Below, one piece after another: positions 61,081 to 64,000 of a stretch of 64,000 bases of DNA. The position numbers and the translations under genes were made by a program. The stretch is from an uncultured Gemmatimonadales bacterium (GTDB lineage Bacteria > Gemmatimonadota > Gemmatimonadetes > Gemmatimonadales > GWC2-71-9). The stretch is from NCBI GenBank assembly GCA_963695555.1, contig CAVOGR010000007.1:128001-192000 (forward strand). The letters run 5' to 3'. The notes beneath the pieces are model-generated. The model ran no database searches, was not told the origin of the DNA, and saw nothing but the letters and a program-made list of their open reading frames with translations. Numbering within the stretch: the first letter of the stretch is position 1; each line of letters opens with the position of its first letter.

Positions 61081-61110
61081 CGAAAGCCCCGTCCAGAGAC
61101 GGGGCCTTCG
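61081..61110. terminator. Hairpin between convergent genes
   Basis: CGAAAGCCCCGTC-CAGA-GACGGGGCCTTCG. Confidence 0.7.
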
Positions 61111-61142
61111 TTCATCCTCGGACCCACGAATCATGTCCGAAT

Positions 61143-61553
61143 CTATAGAGGGAATTCACGCCGCGCCGTGTTGCCGCGGGCGTCCTTGTAGCTCATGATA
61201 CCGCGCCGCATGCCGGCCTGGAACACGGCGACGATGCCCGACCCGCACGTGACTCGGGCAATCACGGATTCCTGGGAGCTGGTCGAGCGGCGGCGCAGCG
61301 CCTCCCGAACCGCCACCGCCCGGCACACTTCATCCGAGTCGGTATGGAAGCGAAGCTCGCACACGGTGGCTGCCGCGCCTGGCTGGCAGTCCACCCTGAG
61401 TCCCTGCTCGGGGATCTCCGCCAGACGTGTGGCGGGAATGCCCAGGCGCCTGAGGACATCGGGTGCGTCAGGGCCACCGGCCTGGCCAACCAGCGGCCGG
61501 GGTGTCCCCAGGGCGATACAGATGAGCGACAGCGCGACGGCCTTCAGGGCCAT
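61143..61553 (-). CDS. Small secreted Cys-containing hypothetical protein
   Basis: Signal-like MALKAVALSLICIALG; start uncertain. Confidence 0.5.
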   Translation of the reverse strand: MALKAVALSLICIALGTPRPLVGQAGGPDAPDVLRRLGIPATRLAEIPEQGLRVDCQPGAAATVCELRFHTDSDEVCRAVAVREALRRRSTSSQESVIARVTCGSGIVAVFQAGMRRGIMSYKDARGNTARREFPL

Positions 61554-61811
61554 CGAGCCTTGTTTTTGCCCGTTCGGTATGCAGAACATTGCACTCCTCC
61601 CTTCCAGGGCGGTCCTACACCATGGGGTAGGGGCAAGGGGCATACCGTGACCGCGATTACTTCGGGATATCTTCGGGGCTTCAGAGTGCGCCGGGCTCGG
61701 CCGGCAAGGGAGGTAGTGAAACGGGACCTTCTTCCCCATATTTGCAGTGCGCCGTCCGTTGGCGCACCGGTGTCCGTGCCCAATGTGTTCCCGAACCAAG
61801 GAGGTGATCCA

Positions 61812-61874
61812 TTGTCTAGTCCGTGTACCGTCTGCGTCCCGGCATGGGCAAGCGATCGCCGTCTCGGTAGCTAA
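61812..61874 (+). CDS. Candidate 20-aa small ORF MSSPCTVCVPAWASDRRLGS
   Basis: TTG start 7 nt after the GGAGG of AAGGAGGTGATCCA; strong hairpin downstream. Confidence 0.5.
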   Translation: MSSPCTVCVPAWASDRRLGS

Positions 61875-61940
61875 CGGGTAGCAATCGCGAATCTCCGCGA
61901 CGTTCGGTGCCGATCGGCATCGTGCCGGGTCGCAGAGGTG

Positions 61941-61978
61941 AAGAAGCGCCGTGGCCACTCGAGGCCACGGCGCTTCTT
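61941..61978 (+). terminator. Perfect 16-bp stem, putative intrinsic terminator
   Basis: AAGAAGCGCCGTGGCC-ACTCGA-GGCCACGGCGCTTCTT followed by GTGTT. Confidence 0.8.
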
Positions 61979-62128
61979 GTGTTGGCGGGCCGGCCTCGCG
62001 GGGGACTGGCGAAGGGCCAGAACCATGTTATTCCTTCATCCGCTCACGAACGATCATGCCGGCCACGTGGGAGCGGGGGCCGACGTCATACATCATCTCC
62101 CTACAATTCAGTGTGTCTTGGAGGCAGT

Positions 62129-62710
62129 ATGTTTTCGAAGTCGCTGCATGCCGTAGCGGCGGTAGGTGCCCTCGTGTTCATGGCAGGCTGCACCAATGAC
62201 CGAGTTCCGGCCGAGGCCGCCCTCCAGGCAGCCGAGCAGGCCGTGGCGGCGGTACGCCCCGAGGCCGAGCAATATGCTTCGGACGGCCTGAAGGCGGTAG
62301 ACGACGAGCTCGCGTTCATCAAGGAGAGCATGCAAGAGAAGAAGTACGGAGCCGCCATGAGCGCGGCCAAGGACTTGACCGACAAGGTCAAAGAGCTGGA
62401 GCAGGCGGTGACGGCCAAGAAAGACGAATTGTCCAAGGGTTGGGGCCCGCTTGCCGACAGCATTACCACCATGGTCGGTCAGCTGGAGACCCGGGTAGCC
62501 GAGCTATCTTCGTCTCGTCGCTTGCCGGCCGGGATGACCAAGAGTCAGGTGTCCGAGGCCAAGGCGTCCGTTCAACAGCTCAAGGATTCGTGGACCCAGG
62601 CCGCGGAGAGCTTCAAGGGCGGGAAGATTGCCGAGGCCATGACCGTGGCCGCGAGTGTCAAGTCGAAGGCGACGGAGTTAATGAAGATGCTCGGGTCGAC
62701 GGGCGCCTAA
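62129..62710 (+). CDS. Alpha-helical coiled-coil lipoprotein
   Basis: GGAGG SD; lipobox MAGC; two Ala/Lys-rich helical halves. Confidence 0.8.
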   Translation: MFSKSLHAVAAVGALVFMAGCTNDRVPAEAALQAAEQAVAAVRPEAEQYASDGLKAVDDELAFIKESMQEKKYGAAMSAAKDLTDKVKELEQAVTAKKDELSKGWGPLADSITTMVGQLETRVAELSSSRRLPAGMTKSQVSEAKASVQQLKDSWTQAAESFKGGKIAEAMTVAASVKSKATELMKMLGSTGA

Positions 62711-62734
62711 CCTAGACCGAACATCACCAGACGG

Positions 62735-62773
62735 GGACGCGGGGCCCGGCCTACCAGGCTGGGCCCCGCGTCC
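62735..62773. terminator. 18-bp hairpin between convergent genes
   Basis: GGACGCGGGGCCCGGCCT-ACC-AGGCTGGGCCCCGCGTCC. Confidence 0.7.
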
Positions 62774-62777
62774 GTCA

Positions 62778-63062
62778 CTACCCCTGCCGCAGCAGCGCCA
62801 GCTTACGTGCGCGGGAGAGCCGCTTGATCTCCGCCTCGCGTTTGAGCGCCGCGGAACGGCTCGGGCTGTGTTCCCGAAATACCACCGAGACCGGGGTGCG
62901 GGCTCGGGTATACTTGGACGCGGTTCCGTCGCGGTGTGCCGCGAGCCGCTGGGCGACGTCCCGAGCGATCCCGGTGTACAGCGAACCGTCGCGGCACTCG
63001 AGCATGTAGACCCACCAGCCGTCGGCCTTGACCCTGCGGGTGGTCACCGGCTTCCGGATCAC
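62778..63062 (-). CDS. GIY-YIG nuclease (UPF0213 family); start GTG 63062 or 63047
   Basis: VYMLECRDGSLYTGI, R...H..G.ASKYTR, ALKRE..IK.LSR..K. Confidence 0.9.
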   Translation of the reverse strand: MIRKPVTTRRVKADGWWVYMLECRDGSLYTGIARDVAQRLAAHRDGTASKYTRARTPVSVVFREHSPSRSAALKREAEIKRLSRARKLALLRQG

Positions 63063-63820
63063 TCCGGCTGGGTGAGCGCCCGGACTTCCTCGGGCAACGC
63101 GAACACCGAGTCCGGCACTTCCCCGCTCTCCATACTGGTAAAGGTCATGATCTGCTCCATGCCCATGACCCGCTGCACCGTCTTGTGCGGCAGCAGTACC
63201 CCACCAACCGGCTGCCAATCCGACACGAGTGACGTGGCCTCCATATCGCCCATCGCGGTCGAGCGGGTGCGGACAGAGCCTACGAGAAGACCGGTCGTGC
63301 GATCGAAGAAGTCGAAATATTCCTCGCCATTCGCGGTGGTTACCTTCACGCGGTAACAGGGCGTGCCCTCGAACTCCTCCTCGCCGATGGTTTCGACCGC
63401 CGCGAAGAGCCGCTTGGGATAGAGCATGCTGTAGAAATCCGCGCTTTGCTGCATCTGCTGGAGGGACAACCCATCGAGAAGCATGGGTCCTTCCATCGGA
63501 TTGAGCGTCCACCCGACCGTTCCGTCAAAGCCATTCTTGACAGTTACCATCCCGGGGATCACGACCGTAACGGCCAGCTTGTTCGGTGCCTTCGCATAAA
63601 CCTCGAGATCTCCCTCGACGCCTTGGGCCGGCACCTCGAGGCGACCCGTCACATGGCGGCCGGTCTGGCGCATGACGGCCGCTTCGCCGCCAACGGCCTC
63701 GACGAAACGGCGGACGACGGCGGGCCCGTCTGGCAACGTTCCGCCCTGGGCTACACCCGTCGTGGGAAGCAGGGCAAGGAACAGGGCGCCGGGTACGAAC
63801 TGCATGCGAAGCTTCATCAT
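63059..63820 (-). CDS. Exported LolA-like fold protein
   Basis: AAGGAG SD; signal peptide; EAVGG, GFDGTVGW, FD..TGLL, GGVLLPH. Confidence 0.72.
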   Translation of the reverse strand: MMKLRMQFVPGALFLALLPTTGVAQGGTLPDGPAVVRRFVEAVGGEAAVMRQTGRHVTGRLEVPAQGVEGDLEVYAKAPNKLAVTVVIPGMVTVKNGFDGTVGWTLNPMEGPMLLDGLSLQQMQQSADFYSMLYPKRLFAAVETIGEEEFEGTPCYRVKVTTANGEEYFDFFDRTTGLLVGSVRTRSTAMGDMEATSLVSDWQPVGGVLLPHKTVQRVMGMEQIMTFTSMESGEVPDSVFALPEEVRALTQPE

Positions 63821-63882
63821 AAGTAAAGACTCCTTCATAGTCTCTCCGGACGTCGTCGGGTAATCCAAACAGCCGTTCCACA

Positions 63883-63910
63883 GATACGCTGAAAACACCG
63901 ACAAGTTTCA
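63883..63910 (-). promoter_or_regulatory. SigW-like ECF promoter TGAAAC-N16-CGTATC
   Basis: Matches the TGAAAC-N16-CGTA consensus; about 60 nt upstream of the ATG. Confidence 0.55.
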
Positions 63911-64000
63911 ACGTCGAGAACCTCGGGATCTCGAGCCCACCCAGAACGAGACCATCGGAGCTGCCGCCAATCCCGACGGAAGGGTAATGAACCCCTGTGG

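Noticed and set aside
61798..61811. 16S rRNA gene fragment on the minus strand
   Set aside because: The match is limited to 14 nt and the flanks do not resemble helix 44/45 sequence.
62778..63062. Homing endonuclease or mobile element
   Set aside because: Short stand-alone UPF0213-type GIY-YIG protein with no intron, terminal repeats or DNA-binding extension.

Overview
A high-GC, gene-dense bacterial chromosomal segment. The gene families (RDSAG-type beta-propeller lipoproteins, BTAD/TPR regulator, TPR kinases, many ECF systems) suggest Gemmatimonadota; this is inference. I found no rRNA, tRNA, CRISPR array, transposase or phage gene. Main contents: (1) a C39-like peptidase / RimK-type ATP-grasp ligase / GCS2 ligase / N-formylglutamate amidohydrolase operon behind a (ATTGGCT)7 repeat; (2) a VIT-vWA gene plus one ECF sigma followed by three tandem zinc anti-sigma paralogues that share an unrecognised C-terminal domain; (3) a HEAT-repeat / HD-GYP pair sharing an N-terminal domain; (4) icd plus an SLC13 transporter; (5) an egtB-egtD-egtA ergothioneine cluster with a betaine-type ABC importer but no egtC/egtE; (6) Tat-signal TldD/TldE; (7) a kinase-associated ECF near a pair of identical divergent ECF-type promoters; (8) an ECF / anti-sigma / mini-secretin unit; (9) a metzincin lipoprotein with a sigma54 promoter; (10) a sqr-tusE-dsrE sulfur module; (11) an unannotated structured small transcript with 14-nt complementarity to the 16S rRNA 3' end and a 20-codon ORF. 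Five single-base indels in short homopolymers (rimK-like, icd, ABC gene, egtB twice) look like long-read sequencing errors. All family assignments come from recognising motifs by eye; no database search was run.
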